Source of the DNA: Paraspadella gotoi
Taxonomy: Eukaryota; Animalia; Chaetognatha
DNA: 64,000 bases
NCBI GenBank assembly: GCA_051294375.1
Contig: CM119269.1
Span: forward strand, 6,247,919-6,311,918
Reading direction: 5' to 3'
Part shown: piece after piece, positions 26,815 through 39,957 of the stretch
Position numbering within the stretch: position 1 is the first letter of the stretch
How the letters are laid out: every line of letters begins with the position of its first letter
The notes under the pieces: generated by a model
Told to the model about the DNA's origin: nothing
The model's input: only the letters and a program-made list of their open reading frames with translations
Databases searched by the model: none
Translations under genes and position numbers: made by a program

Positions 26815-29800
26815 ATGGAACCTAATCAGACTGAAAATGCTGATTCATCTTTGACAGGTAAATAGATCCTTCGTCTTTATAAAATTCTATAGTTAATAAA
26901 TAAGTTAGTAAATGTATTTTATCTATAAATGTTTTTAGTATTTTTGTATTGAAATGATAAAATAAAACCTATCTTAAATATGGCTTTCGGTTTTCTAACC
27001 CATTTTTTAATTTTTTTTACAGCAATTGATACTGATGGTAATCAGGTTCCAGTAGATCATACATCATCTAAAGGTAAGGGATTATAATGGATAATAATAG
27101 TCAAGATAGCAAGATACCTTATTTATTAAATGAATGGATAATTTTTATATTGGTTGTACCAATTTTATGTAACTAAGAGAGGTAACCCGTACGAATTCCT
27201 TATATAATTAAACCCTCTGTCTCCCTCTGTAAAATCAAATATATCGTAACAGGATTTTTTAAAAAATTATCCCATTATTTTAATAACGACTTTCAAATTA
27301 ATCGTTGAACTGTAGTATTCTTTCAGATTTATCGAAAAACTTTTTTAAATTTTTCTCAGGAGTTTTTGGTTGGTGCGAGATTAATGGAATATCCTTACCT
27401 ACCATTTTGCGGCAAGAGAATTCTTTCCTCAGTGTTCGTATGGTTGAACTGAAACTAATGGGTCATATTCGACAGGAAATTGCAAAGCTACGTTTGGATG
27501 TATGTTCGTTTTACTTTAAAAGCGTAAAAAAAATAAACAAAATTAATTAGTGAAAAAATCAATTGACGTTTTCAGAACCCCGTCGTTTCTCATTATGTCA
27601 CCGCCAACGAAGCGAAGTTACTCAATGAAATCAACTTCAAGCATTGCGACAGGGAATACGGCAAGGAGTCATTTTCTTCGAAGGACCTCATCGTAGAACG
27701 AGAGCAATTTGCAAAGTTTTATCAGTTTCTTCTGGAGAAAATAAAAGAGACTACAGGAAAGGACGTATCGCCGGCGGCCGCCGCAGCTGCCGTCGCAGCC
27801 GCCACCGCCGCCAAACAGACCGCCGTTGCTGCCGCCAACGCCGCAAACCAGGCCGCCCTCGACGAAAGTCTCCAGAAAAAAAATTACGCAAAAAAACAAA
27901 AGGAATGGAAGCGGCAACAGCAAATCCGCGCTCTAAGGCAGCAGCAGTTGCACCTCCATATGCAGCAGCAACAACTGCAAAAGCAAAAGTTAAAACCCCT
28001 GGCACCAAAGCAAACTTCGGGATGGATTCAACTGAACAATACGATGGTGCCCTATCTGCTGAGGACCGGGATCGCTGACAAATTCATTCCTATGGACATT
28101 GTCGTGGGGGCGGCACAGTTGCTCGGTCATGTCGTCGACAAAAAGGTGAGAATATTATTATTGACAGAATTACTGACAATTACTGACAGAATTACCATAA
28201 TGACACCCTATACATCTTTCCCTCGACATAGCCTATCGCTCAGCCCGCATATCCTTTCGAAATTAACACTCTCAACGCCGCCTGTCAACGTGAAAAAATA
28301 GACTTCACATTTGCGATGCCGACCTTTTTGATCGGCCTGTCCACGGTTGAAAACTTGACGAGGAGCGTTGGAGGCACCTTGGAGGTGACCGAACGTCCGG
28401 CCATAAATCCTTTTGGACACGCTCGTCATCATCTTCCTGCGGTATTTTATTTTTATATTTACTGAAATATCCGAGCTGACCGTTATTATAATTATTGAAG
28501 TTTCTTACCGGCGATATAAATATAAAGTTTTCGCCTTACCTTAGCTTTTTTACTTCTTTTTTTCTCAGGTGGGCCCGGAAAATGTTCAAGTCGGCAATAA
28601 TCCACAGGTTGGCTTAATTACGTAAATTCTTTTACATTTTTATATTTGGTCATTTGTCTGTTGAAAATATGTTGAGTTGAAAATAAAATTGGGTCTTATG
28701 TCTTATGTTATGACTAGAAATCTACTATTAAATTAAATTCAATATGGGCTGGGGTTCAAAACTAAAAAACTAAAATTTTTTAATCAATCTTAACTTTTTT
28801 TGATGGATTCTCATAAAAAGTTAAATAAAAATATAACTACAACTTTCAAAAAATTGTATGTTTTCTTGATCAAAATTAAGAAAAAGTAATAAAATTATCG
28901 AAAGATGATGATGATGTTTATAAATAGTTTTTCACTTATGATCAAAATATCGAAAAAAGAATTATACTTTGTGTAGACAACTTTTTGCAAGCTACCTGAA
29001 TCTTATCTTAAAAATAAAAAATCCTAAAAAAATTTTAGCCTTTCCTATTTATAAATAAATATTAAAAAATTAATATATGGAGTATGGAGTACTATAAATT
29101 GTTTTGACTTGACATTTTTTTAAAATGTCTAAATTTTCGTTTGAGCAGGTGTTTAATTCAAATTTCTTAACCACCTTACTGAGTTAGGCTCTCTCTATTA
29201 TGACTTTTGTTTCACGTAGGCGCAAAGTCAACCAGTTATCATTCGCCGACCAAACGTTGTGCCCCAAAAGTCTCGTGAAGCGTCGCAGCAACAATTCATC
29301 GCGCATAAATTTCCGATGGTAAATTTATAGTTCATGATACAGGTTCCGAGATTTGTCTGCTACCTAATTTGATTTGAATTTCCATTTCAGCTACACCAAA
29401 CTCAAATGCCTCAATCGAATCATGATGTTGTGACAACGGCCAGCATTCGCCAGTCGCTGAGCGACGCCTTGCACGGCCAGTCACCGAAACTCGCCGTTGG
29501 GGTTAGAGGCACCGTTGCTGCCACCAACCCCTTCGGCACGCCGCCTCGAAATTCTCAGCAGGCGTACCCTATCGGGCAATCCATCGCTCCACGTCCGCCA
29601 CAGAACCCCTTCGGTCCGTTAATATCCGTTAAATTCGTCAAAATCGCCAACAAGGACATTTTGTTTGTCATATCGCCTACTTTTCCAGAAGGTAAGAATA
29701 ATGATTTAATATGTAATTTGTCAAGTTAAGAAGTTGCGAGGCGGGGTGAAAATTCGACAGAGAGGTGAAAAGGAATTTTAACATTTTTTTTTTCAGGAGC

Positions 29801-32519
29801 TGCTCTGGTGGGCGACGTTTGCCGTCAGCTTTTTCCCCGCACCGACATGGACGAACTTTTGTACGCGATGACTTCAGTATTGCATATCCCTTTGTCAGAT
29901 TGTCCGCTGGAAATGGAGCTGGCGTTCCGCGCCAACCTTCCCCCTTTAGATCCACGCGCCAGTCTAAAACTCATTCGCCAAAGCGTGTTAGACGAATACT
30001 ACCTCCGTCTGTCTTATATGTTTCCCGGTGGCGACGCCGTCCCTCCCAAAGTTATCGTTCAGAAAACGCAGCAGCAACAGCAACAGCAAGATTCGCAGCA
30101 AAACCATTCGCAACAGGGTCAACCCCAGGAAGTCCACCATAACCTGCACAAACAGCCAACCATGACGTTGAAGCAAATAGCTCAGCAACTTAACGCGGTT
30201 AGTCTTAAAAAATGAAATCTTTTTTGTGAATTGGTTTATTTTTTAGATATATGCCTCGTTCATTTCTTTCCCAAAAATCTATTTTGTACCCCAATAATTA
30301 ATTTAAAAATTTACTTTGCCGCTCTTAACAATACCCCGCAGCACGCCGCCTCAGCCGGAGTCGTTCCCGGCCAAAGCGGCGTCGTTACCTCTGCTCGTGG
30401 TTCCGCCAGCGTTGTGCTTAAGCAGCACCTCGATTTACAACTCTCGACGCGGACAGACCGTTTGCCCCATGTTTCGCCATCGCTTGCTCCCGGGATCCAT
30501 GCCGCGTCGACCTCCTGGGATCAGTCTTCCCCCGCCTCGAATCATCAATCGATTCACGTCAAACCGACCGATCACCCCACGAAACTTCAACAGCCCCCAA
30601 CATCGCAGCATAATTGGCAACCGCATCAGCATTCGGCTTCCATCGAGCATCCGGCCCCCGCCGCCAAAGTTAGAAGCGATCCCATAATCCTGAGCGATTC
30701 GGAAGACGAAGAGCCCGAAGTCCCCGCCATCATGGTAAACCCGCCCAAGGCTGCGACGACGGCTCCGGAAGTCTCTGGCGTTGCGCCGACGGCGTCTGTT
30801 GATAACGACGGATCAGCCTCCAACTCGCTCGTTATGTCTGATACGGATAACGGATTGGAAACGTGGAAGGTAAAATAACCCAAATTTATTACTTTTGGGT
30901 CCCTGAGACTCGAGAGAATGACCTCAAATAAAATTTAACTTACATTAAATTTTGTTATAATTCACAGGATTCACAGGACGACGAAGATGCAGTGAACTTC
31001 GTTCTGGCAGAAAACCCGGAAGTGGTTCAAGACGACGTCCTCAAACTGGCATTCGCGTTGTCGCCGCCCCCACCTCCCACGTCGCTCACGCCTCCCGCCT
31101 CCGAGGCCGACTTCCCTTCCCCGGCCGTTAAAAAGAAAATGAAACCTCTATCGAAAAAAAGAAAGTTGGAAAAACTTCAAAAAATGAAAGACAATTTGTC
31201 GGGTGCGTTCTAAATATTAGGCTGAAGGCGTCGTTTAACGTAAATTTTATGAAGCGTACTTTTTCCTTTCATCGTGTTTTTCGTGCCCCCAGGCACCTTG
31301 GACGCAGACGAGGAGTTTGCCAAACTCGTGAAACTGGAGGAAGAAGTGATGACGTTCGGCGAGGCGCTCGAAAATTCGTCCAGCGGGTCTTCATCGGACG
31401 AGTGGTCGCCCTCAACCGCCACCCGGAGGAAGAAGATGACGGCAAGGATCGAGGAAGACGGCGACGAAACGGAGCGGTCCGAGGCGGGGAAAGACGGACC
31501 TTTGATCAAAAGATGGCGGCAGAATCAAGAGACGCGCGATGTCGTAGGAAAGGTTAGTGGAAGGGATCGATTTGATCGCCTGCTTCAGAATATTGTGCTG
31601 AAGATACGAAAAAATCAGATTAAACATTAGCCGACTAAATTTTACTTTCGCCGACCGCGGTTTTGGCGTCTTTTAAAAAAAATATAAAGATCGCCGAAGA
31701 AGACTCTTAATAAAGAGTTAAAACTTGTCCGACTTATATCCAATAATAAAAAATCGTTGTTGACTTTTAAAAACTATTTTTTCATAAAAAAAATATTTAA
31801 AAAAACTTATATAATTTAAAAAAAAATTATATAATTACCCTAACTCTAAACCCCTAACCTTAAACCACCCTTAACCCTCACCCCTCCAGAACCCCGGTCG
31901 GCGAAAGTAAAAGTAAGTATTTAACAATAACTAAACGGGCTTGAACAACAGGAGGACGAAGCTAACGTGTCAGACGATTCTTCGGAGTCTTCTTGGGATT
32001 TGGGCGACGAAGACTTAAATCTACTGGACGCGCGAGATCGAGAGCGCCTCTCCTCGACCGGATCCTCGGCCCGGCCCTCCTCTCCGGGTCTCCGTCACCA
32101 GACGCTGCAAGCCAACAGGTGACGTTATATGATGGAAAGAAAATGAAATAAAATACAAAACCATTTTACAATGATTAACGCTTCCCCTCTGCAGATCATC
32201 AGTCTTGTTCGGGCCAAACCACTGGAGCGTTTTGGCTTCCGTCGACGCCCGCCTCGAAGAACGGAGAAAGTTAAAGGAACTTTACGACAAATACAAGACA
32301 GTTTTTCGCCTTAAAAGATGCGAGATTCGTGTGCGTCGCGTCTGCGCCTCTATCGGCGAAAAAAAGAAGCGTGTGCGGAAGAAGAAAAACCACGGCGATA
32401 AACAAAAGCAAAACTCCGGAACGAGAGCGAAATCCAAAGACAAATTTATATTGTTCCAAGAATCTATATCAGGATCTGGTGACACCAGAACCAAACTCAC
32501 AATCTTAAAAGACTCCTAA
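26815..32519 (+). CDS. uncharacterised multi-exon nuclear-type protein with SKI/Dachshund-like repeats and Q/A-rich and acidic regions
   Basis: In-frame GT-AG exon chain MEPNQTEN / IDTDGNQ / GVFGWCEINGISLPTILR..SVRMVE / VSHYVTANEAKLLNEINFKHCD..FYQF..SGWIQLNNTMVPY / ... / LVGDVCRQLFP..LHIPLSDC..KLIRQS / ... ending TILKDS*. Confidence 0.8.
28716..29190. mobile_element. interspersed AT-rich repeat (intronic); second copy ~35655-36206
   Basis: Shared GGGGTTCAAAACT, TTTGTGTAGACAAC, TTTTCGTTTGAGCAGGTG, TTACTGAGTTAGGCT. Confidence 0.75.
31640..31912. mobile_element. MITE family with TTTTACTTTCGCCGACC TIRs and CCCTAA-like interior (further copies ~40875-41073, ~42924-43008, ~49082-49243, partial ~50193-50223)
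   Basis: TTTTACTTTCGCCGACC ... GGTCGGCGAAAGTAAAA in several copies. Confidence 0.85.
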
Positions 32520-32790
32520 AACAAAAATATTTTAAATTAACTATTCGCCCACCGTCCTCCTTCCCGCTCGAAAAATGGCCCGCGTTGAATTTGGTTTATA
32601 TTAAACCTCTTGTTTTTCTTTTTCGCATTTCCGATTTCGTTACGTTACCATAATACTTTTTTTTCGTTAGAAAGTCAAAGTCAAGAAAAGTCAAAAAAAG
32701 TTAGATCGTTATAATTTTAAAAAAGTAATTGGTGAACAAAACGAAACAATTTAGCTAAACTTGACATGCAACTATCAAGATGCAAAGTTT

Positions 32791-34376
32791 TTAATTGTCG
32801 GCGTCGTCGTCGTCGCTGGACGGTTCCCGACTGGAATCGGAGGATTCGACCCCGGAGCCGTCAACCGAGGCGCCGACACCGGATTCTAGCGCCTCTTCGG
32901 ATCCGCTTACGGCGGTTCCAGACATGGGCGACCGCGTCATAGCGACAGGGGTGTGGAGGCGCGAGTGGTGGACTCCCGGCAAGGGGGATGACCGACCTGA
33001 ATGGAAAAACTCATCTAGTAAGTCACTAAAAAAGTATGTCGATTGTGGCCATTAAGTTCGCTATTTCCCCTACCGTTTTGCGACTTGCCGCTGGGCATGC
33101 CGTATTTGTTTGCCACGTTGCCGAATTGCGCTGCCTGCAACGCGTATTTGGTGACTGGGGTTGTTTTGTTGTTGGGTCTTCCGAGAGAACCGTCGGTGGC
33201 GACGGGCCTATCGGCACTGGAATCGCGCGCTTCTTTTTCTCCTTCGTAATCGAGGAGTTTGTTCTTGGGAGGAAGCTTGCCGATGGAAGAGTTTAGGGAT
33301 TCGCATTTGACGAGCGCCATGATAAAACCGTAGAAGGACACGCGCTGCGTAGTCAAAAAAAGTTGGTCCTTGAACCATTATCGTTGGAGCAATATTCCCC
33401 CTCTTTCTCTCTTCTCACCTGCATGGGCAGCAAGATCTCCCTTAAAACGCTGGGCAACGGAGCGTTGTAGTCTGTCTTCTCGCAGTGGCTTACGAGGGAT
33501 TTGAGGAAGAGTTGGGCGTCGACTGTATCCGAATTTCCACCATTCATCTTGGTCGGTCCGTCCTCCTCGACCGTCGACGCTCCCTCCTTACCGTCGTGAG
33601 GAGGCGTGTTCTTTCCGTCGTCGGACGTTTCCGTGGGTACGACGACCGCGTCGCGCGGACTGTGCGGCGACGTCAGGAGTTTGTTGAAGGCCTCGGCGCA
33701 TTTGGCGAGAAACTCGTTCAGGTAAAACTGAACTTGAAAGGCATAGATGAAGTCGGCAAAAGACATGAGACAATCCAAAGCATCGTCCATGAGAATTATG
33801 CGAGCCGTTTTCTGCCATGTTTGCGGATGTGAAGGGAAAGTTAGAAGAGGGACGAAGTAACCATTGTAACCTGATTGAGAGCTTACTTGAACAATTTCGT
33901 AAGGAAAGTCAAAGCATAGCAGCGACAGTAGGGCGTGATATTCCCGGACTTGAAGTAAGTCTTGCTTTTTTCCGATGTAACGAAAACATTTCCAGAAAGT
34001 ATGCGTGAAGCAGGCGCGATTGTAGGGCGTCGCTGAAATGAATCGGTACTCTCTGAAGAGAGTGTGTGTTCCGCGTTTGATTCCGTTGAAGTAGTCTGCC
34101 AAGAATTTGGCGGGATTTACTGTTAAGAGACAAAATTGAGAGATTTTTAGTTCGCCAGAAGTACTTCTGCAATCAGATATATGGAAAAGTCATGCGGCAT
34201 ATGTTTAATTTTTTGTGGTGTAATATGGTCAATGTAAATTGCCATTCCTTGTTTTGTGTTTTTGTATTACCTTTTGAATTTTCTTCTTTTTGTTCTAAAA
34301 GTTGGCAAATTGCGTCTTCTAGGTATATCAGAATATGATGAGAAGACAGATATTTTTCCGCGTTTAAAGAAGTCAT
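32791..34376 (-). CDS. CSTPP1: centriolar satellite-associated tubulin polyglutamylase complex regulator 1 (C11orf49/UPF0705) homolog
   Basis: AEKYL..HILIYLEDAICQLL; DYFNGIKRGTHTLFREYRFISATPYNRACF; EYHALLSLLCFDFP; ARIILMDDALDCLMSFADFIYAFQVQFY; acidic tail; GT-AG introns. Confidence 0.85.
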
Positions 34377-34434
34377 TATTATTAGCCATTTAATTAGTTT
34401 AAGGCAAAAATAAAGTTTTGGCTTAAGAAAAAAA

Positions 34435-35341
34435 TTAGTTTTTCAAAGTTATAACTTTATCGATAAACAGTTTATAGAAGGATTTGCATAAGAAATGAAA
34501 AGGCGCTTCAGCATTGTTGAATTCTTTTGTGGATACATCGAAATATTCTAAATCTAATTCGGTGGCCAGTTTGCGTGCTTCGCTCTCTGAGATTTTGCGA
34601 CGCTGACTCAGGTCCGTCTTGTTCCCAATCAACACGCCTTGATTGAAATTTAGGTTATATGATTATTCGGCAAGCTATATTACTTGTGCCAGTTTGTACC
34701 TGGTATACGCACGCCACCCCTGTTGGCTCTTATTTGCTCAAGCCAATTTGGTACATTTTTAAATGAAGCTTCGTTGGTTACGTCGAAGACAATAGCAATA
34801 CAAGATGGATGGTCCCAGTGCTTTGATTAATATCAATCGATTATAATTCTATTCAGTTGGTTTTTGAAAAAAGTTTTTAGATAAAACAAAGTTTTATTTG
34901 TTACAAACAACGATTTTTAATGTAAATAGCGGACATATTTCGAGTATTTCGACTCCTGTTTTTGCGAGTCTTCATCAGCGCGTTCAAAGTCAAACAGTTC
35001 AAACGAAAACGACGACGACGAAGACTGTCTACTTTTTACCTTTTTAACGAAATCAAGAAAAATTTTTTCACCAGAGCAATCATACATGTATAGATCGACC
35101 GTGTCCTATAAATTAAATAAATTTAAATAAATAAATATAATCAGATAGTGATTTTTAAAGATAGGACGTTTTGCACCTGCGAATCCATAATATTGATCAT
35201 TTTTTCGCATAATTCAACCCCAGTGGTCATTGAATAGTTTTTGGTGAAATGTGTACCTCCACTGTGAAATGTTTGAATAAGAGCGCTCTTGCCAACTGTT
35301 GGATCACCAACTACAATAAGTTTCGCGCGAAGAATCGTCAT
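34435..35341 (-). CDS. IFT27: intraflagellar transport protein 27 (RABL4), small GTPase
   Basis: LRAKLIVVGDPTVGKSAL..SGGTHFTKNYSMTTGVE; DCSGEKIF; GVLIGNKTDL; EAPFHFL; 4 exons. Confidence 0.93.
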
Positions 35342-36688
35342 AGTGAATATTTTATATTCCTTATATAAGATTGTCGCCCAACTGTTTATAGAACAAAATG
35401 ATGAGTGTTTTGTTAGGATTTATCAGGTGTAAATTAAAATATACTGATTAATTTTTGTATGCTAATATACATAATTTATTACAATTAGAAAGGTAGATTC
35501 TGGATTAGTTTATTTTTAAAAAAAATTATAATCTAAAGAGACAACCATTTCGTTAATAAACAATTATTTTTTTGGGGGGGTGGTGGGGAATGTACACGTC
35601 GTACAGGTTTCGACTCTTGTTACAAGCCTTTAAAAAGGCTTTACGAGCGTATAGGTAGAAATTTACTATGAAATTAAATTCAATAGGGGCGGGGGTTCAA
35701 AACTTTAGTCTTGAAGTCTATTTTCAGGTAAAAAAAATCATTTCTAAAAAAGTTAAATTTTAATGCTTTTATTGTTACTATTAAAATTACAATATTACTA
35801 TATAATGATAACAATTTTTTTTAATCAATCTTAACTTTTTTGATGGATTCTGATAGAGCATAAAAAGTTAAATAAAAAAATATAACTACAAATTTCAAAT
35901 TTTTTTGTTTTCTGGGTAAAAATTAAGAAAGAGTAATAAAATTATCGAAAGATGATCATGATTATTAGTAGTTTTTTATATTTTTCACTTATGATCAAAA
36001 TATCGAGAAAAAAATTATACTTTGTGTAGACAACTTTTTATAAGCTACCTGAATCTATTTATAAATAAATATTAAAAAAATAAATATATGGGTTATGGAG
36101 TAATATTAAATTTTTTTGTCTATTCAAATTTTTTAAAAAATGTCTAAATTTTCGTTTGAGCAGGTGCATAATTCAAATTTCTTAACCACTTTACTGAGTT
36201 AGGCTACACTAGTATAACTTATTAGGTATTATAATCGCAATAATGAGTTTTGACTTATGTTATCTTTAGTAATACTAATTTTTCATACTGCCTTGGGATT
36301 ATTTTATTTTATTTTATTTTTTCTCGCGACTAAAGAGAAATATTTCCAAAATATTCGCAAAAGAATATTTTGTGTGCTAGTTCGTAACCATAGTGATTTT
36401 TCCGTTTGCATGTTAAAGCAGGTTTCTGCTTTCTTTACTTCGTCAAACAAAAGATCAGTTTGAGCTTAAATAAAGTTTGTTAGAAACTGTTCTTGTAACA
36501 TTATTTGAATACTGCCAAAATTCATGACTTGATCGTATTAGGAGAACCGTAAAACGAATTTTCCGCAATCATCTTTTGTTTTTTTCCAAATGTGGAATGG
36601 AACCTGTAAGGAAAGGAAGCATTCCAACGTGTGATGGAATATTAATGTTTAATCAAAGCCATTTTCATGACAAGTCATACCGTATGCC

Positions 36689-39600
36689 ATGGCATTATGC
36701 GTCACGTCTTTGTTTGTACAAGTTTTCTTATTGCTAATTATAGTTTCAGGTAAGAAATTGATTTTTATACTCGGAGTCTTGCTTTGATTGCCCTCTTTAA
36801 TTAGTTAAATATTTTTCTTAGATTATGTCAGCTCGTCAAGCAATATCGATGACGAAGATTTTCTGGATAATAAATCATTTTTTGCTCATGTGAGTAGTAA
36901 CATTGGTCTAAATCTGAATTTTAATCAAACATGAAAAACATATGATACCTTAGTTATCAATACGATATAAAACTTAATTTGGCATTCCTGGAGATCAATG
37001 CCCTCTGGAGGCCAATGGGAAAACGAAGAGCAAGGTTTTTCTTAAAGAATTAACGGAAAAAAGAGGAACAAAATGGAATAGAAGAGGATAACATTTAGGG
37101 GAAAAAAATAAAGGAATTCTGATATCATAATTTTTTTTAATATTTGGGTAAAAATTAAGGTTATAATAAATTATGGTTAAGAATAAATGAAGAATAAGTG
37201 TAAATTAATTAAAAAAATAAATTAAGGTTAAAAATAAGTTAAGGGTAAGTTAGGGTTAAGGGTAAGTTAGGATTAGGGGTAAGTTTGGGTTAGGGGTAAG
37301 TTAAAGGTAAATTAGAATTAAATTTAAAATTAAGTTTTGGCTTAAGTATACAATAATTAAACAATTCAAAAAATAATATTTAAATATTAATAAATTTCTA
37401 AAAAATATAATAATAATATTTATAAAGTAACAGTTTTTATTTATGATTACAATGGTCATTTGATAATTTGGAGAGTGAAAGATATCAAGGTTAAAATTAC
37501 CTTTTTCTCTATCTCTCAAAGTTAGTATCCAAATATTTATTAAAACTGGTTGATAAAGGTTCAAAAAACAAGAACCAAAACATATCCAAATTATTAAATG
37601 ATCGTGGTTATCACAAATAAAAACTTATTTTGTAAATATTTATCAAAAGCAATAAAAAAAATATTATAATAAAATTTTTTAGAGAAAAGTTTGAATGTAG
37701 TGGCAATAATGAATTTGTTTTATTATGAAAACGAACATGTTTCGGTTCGTTGTTGCCACTATATTCAAACTTTTCTTTAAATCATAATACATAACGAAAA
37801 GAAAAGAAAATAATACAATTAAATTTTTTAAAGAATTAAAAAGAAATCCATAGCTTGTGAAGCTTAAAAACGTTTTTAATATCATTGTTGTTACGGTCTT
37901 AAATTTTTTTTTCTGTAAAGAAACGAACTTTATTTTTTCCTCTTCCTTCTCTTCGTTTTCCCATAAGCCTCCAGAGCGAATTCAACTCCGGGATCGCCGA
38001 TACATTCTGTATACCCTGGGTAAAAATAAGCTACAGGTTTTTGAGCTTGAGTATTTTCCGACATTTGAGCTGTTACAATGGTGACATTTAAATGGTTCAT
38101 TATAATATAAAAACTATACTGGGAGATCCACTGTAATGGGACCAACTTCAAGTGCTTATCGCACAAAAACGGTTTATGATAGAAAAAAAGGGACTATATT
38201 TAAAAATTAGGTTAAATTTTTTTTGATTGATATCAAAAGCGTCTGGAAAATCCAATGCAACTACTGTAATTTAAGCTTTTTACATTTTACAAAACGGCGC
38301 GGTGTTTCGCACAGCACTTAGAAAAGGTCATGGTTACTGATTGTGAATCTTTTCAATTGATTACAACTTTTTACAAATGTACCAATTTTTAATCAATTTT
38401 GTTTATTTACTCATCCAAACTATTTCTTTAAGTTAGTCCCAAAAGAGCTGGACCTTCATGTAGAATAACCAAAACTTTGCTCAGTTCATAACATGAATTA
38501 GTACGTTTTACGATTTAAAACTTGGTTTGTGGCAGCGTATTAATTTTGATATTATTGCTGTGTTGTGACAGTATTCCTTAAGATGGCAAAATAATTGTTT
38601 TTTGTTTTCCATACAGAGCTTCAAAATGCAATTAAAACCTTATTCAGAAGACTGCGTTTGGCAAAGACTAAAAGTTGGAACCTATATGAGTTTTGGATAT
38701 GAAGTAATCATAAATGAAATGATCACTCAAATTACTGAATACTAATTTTGTCCACAAGCTAAAAATTATATTAAAATTAATTCAAGGTTTTGCGAGGAGG
38801 GAACAAAAAAATTATATTCTCTTTAAGAGATGTCAATGGAGGCATTCTGCAGAAGGAGGAAGAGAAAGAAGAGTTATTCATTGAAAGAAATATTGAAACT
38901 GATGGTAAATGATAATATATATATAAATATTATGCTCAATATTAAAACTATGAATTTGATTAAATTTTTTTAGCAATATTATTTCCTTTAGTCACATATG
39001 GATTTTGCATGGAGAATCAAGATGGGAAATTTGTTGAAAAACTCGTTTTTTTTTATCTAAGTGGTTATATATCTCAAGAATGGGAAATGACTGAAAGTGA
39101 AATTCGTCAATATGATGAGGAAGCCACAAAGATTAATTCAAGATTAAGTACTGTTGACTCTCATGTAAGTTTTTTTGCCAAACTAAATTTTTTTAATAAT
39201 AAAATTTGCTAAGACAATAGATATCTCGTTTCAAGAAGAGCTAAACACCAAGTTTTTCTGCCAATATTGTAAAAACGAGTTTTAAAATGAACAGTAAAAT
39301 ACATATAGTCATTTGTCCTAAAATTATCTTTAAATTATTTAATTATTCTCCAGATCTGGGCACATTTCATGTAACGAAATTATTTTTAGGTGCAACAAAT
39401 GAAAAATCATCAAATGGTGAGCAGGATGCATCTTGTGGCTGACTGGTACATTATCTCAGGTATTATGCATGAATTAAAAGAAAAGTTGTCGCGAAATTTT
39501 GATGCAGTGCATGTCATAAATACACGTGCTTAGAAAGTTATTGTATTTATGTAATATCACGTCATGTCAGGTCACGTGAAATACACGTGATAAGACAGTC

Positions 39601-39957
39601 ACTGCGACGCAACACCTTTGAATTACCGTTCTTGCTTGTTTAAATTAATTTTTGTATTGGCTTGGATTATTTATATAATTTATTTCGGCTTAAGAGAAAA
39701 GTTATTTTAAATTTAAAATAATTGCAGCTCTTCTGAAAATCACCAACTAATTTTCTAAGCGTTTCAAAACATTTGTAAAACATTGTTTATAAATTATTTT
39801 ATGCTTTATTTCAGGAAATCTACAATGGGTGACGTACTGGTCTGCAATTCAAGGATGCGTCATAGGTTTCGTGGGTTTTTTTCAAGTGTATTTTATCAAA
39901 CGGTTTTTTAATCCCGAAAATTCAGGAAGCTCCGTGTTGTTACGAGAGAGAGCCTAA
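36689..39957 (+). CDS. p24/TMED family GOLD-domain protein (p24-gamma/TMED6-like)
   Basis: Seven exons: signal peptide MALCVTSLFVQVFLLLIIVS; GOLD motifs LKPYSEDCVWQ, YEVLRGG, YGFCMEN..EKLVFF; coiled coil; TM/tail VTYWSAIQGCVIGFVGFFQVYFIKRFF. Confidence 0.88.
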
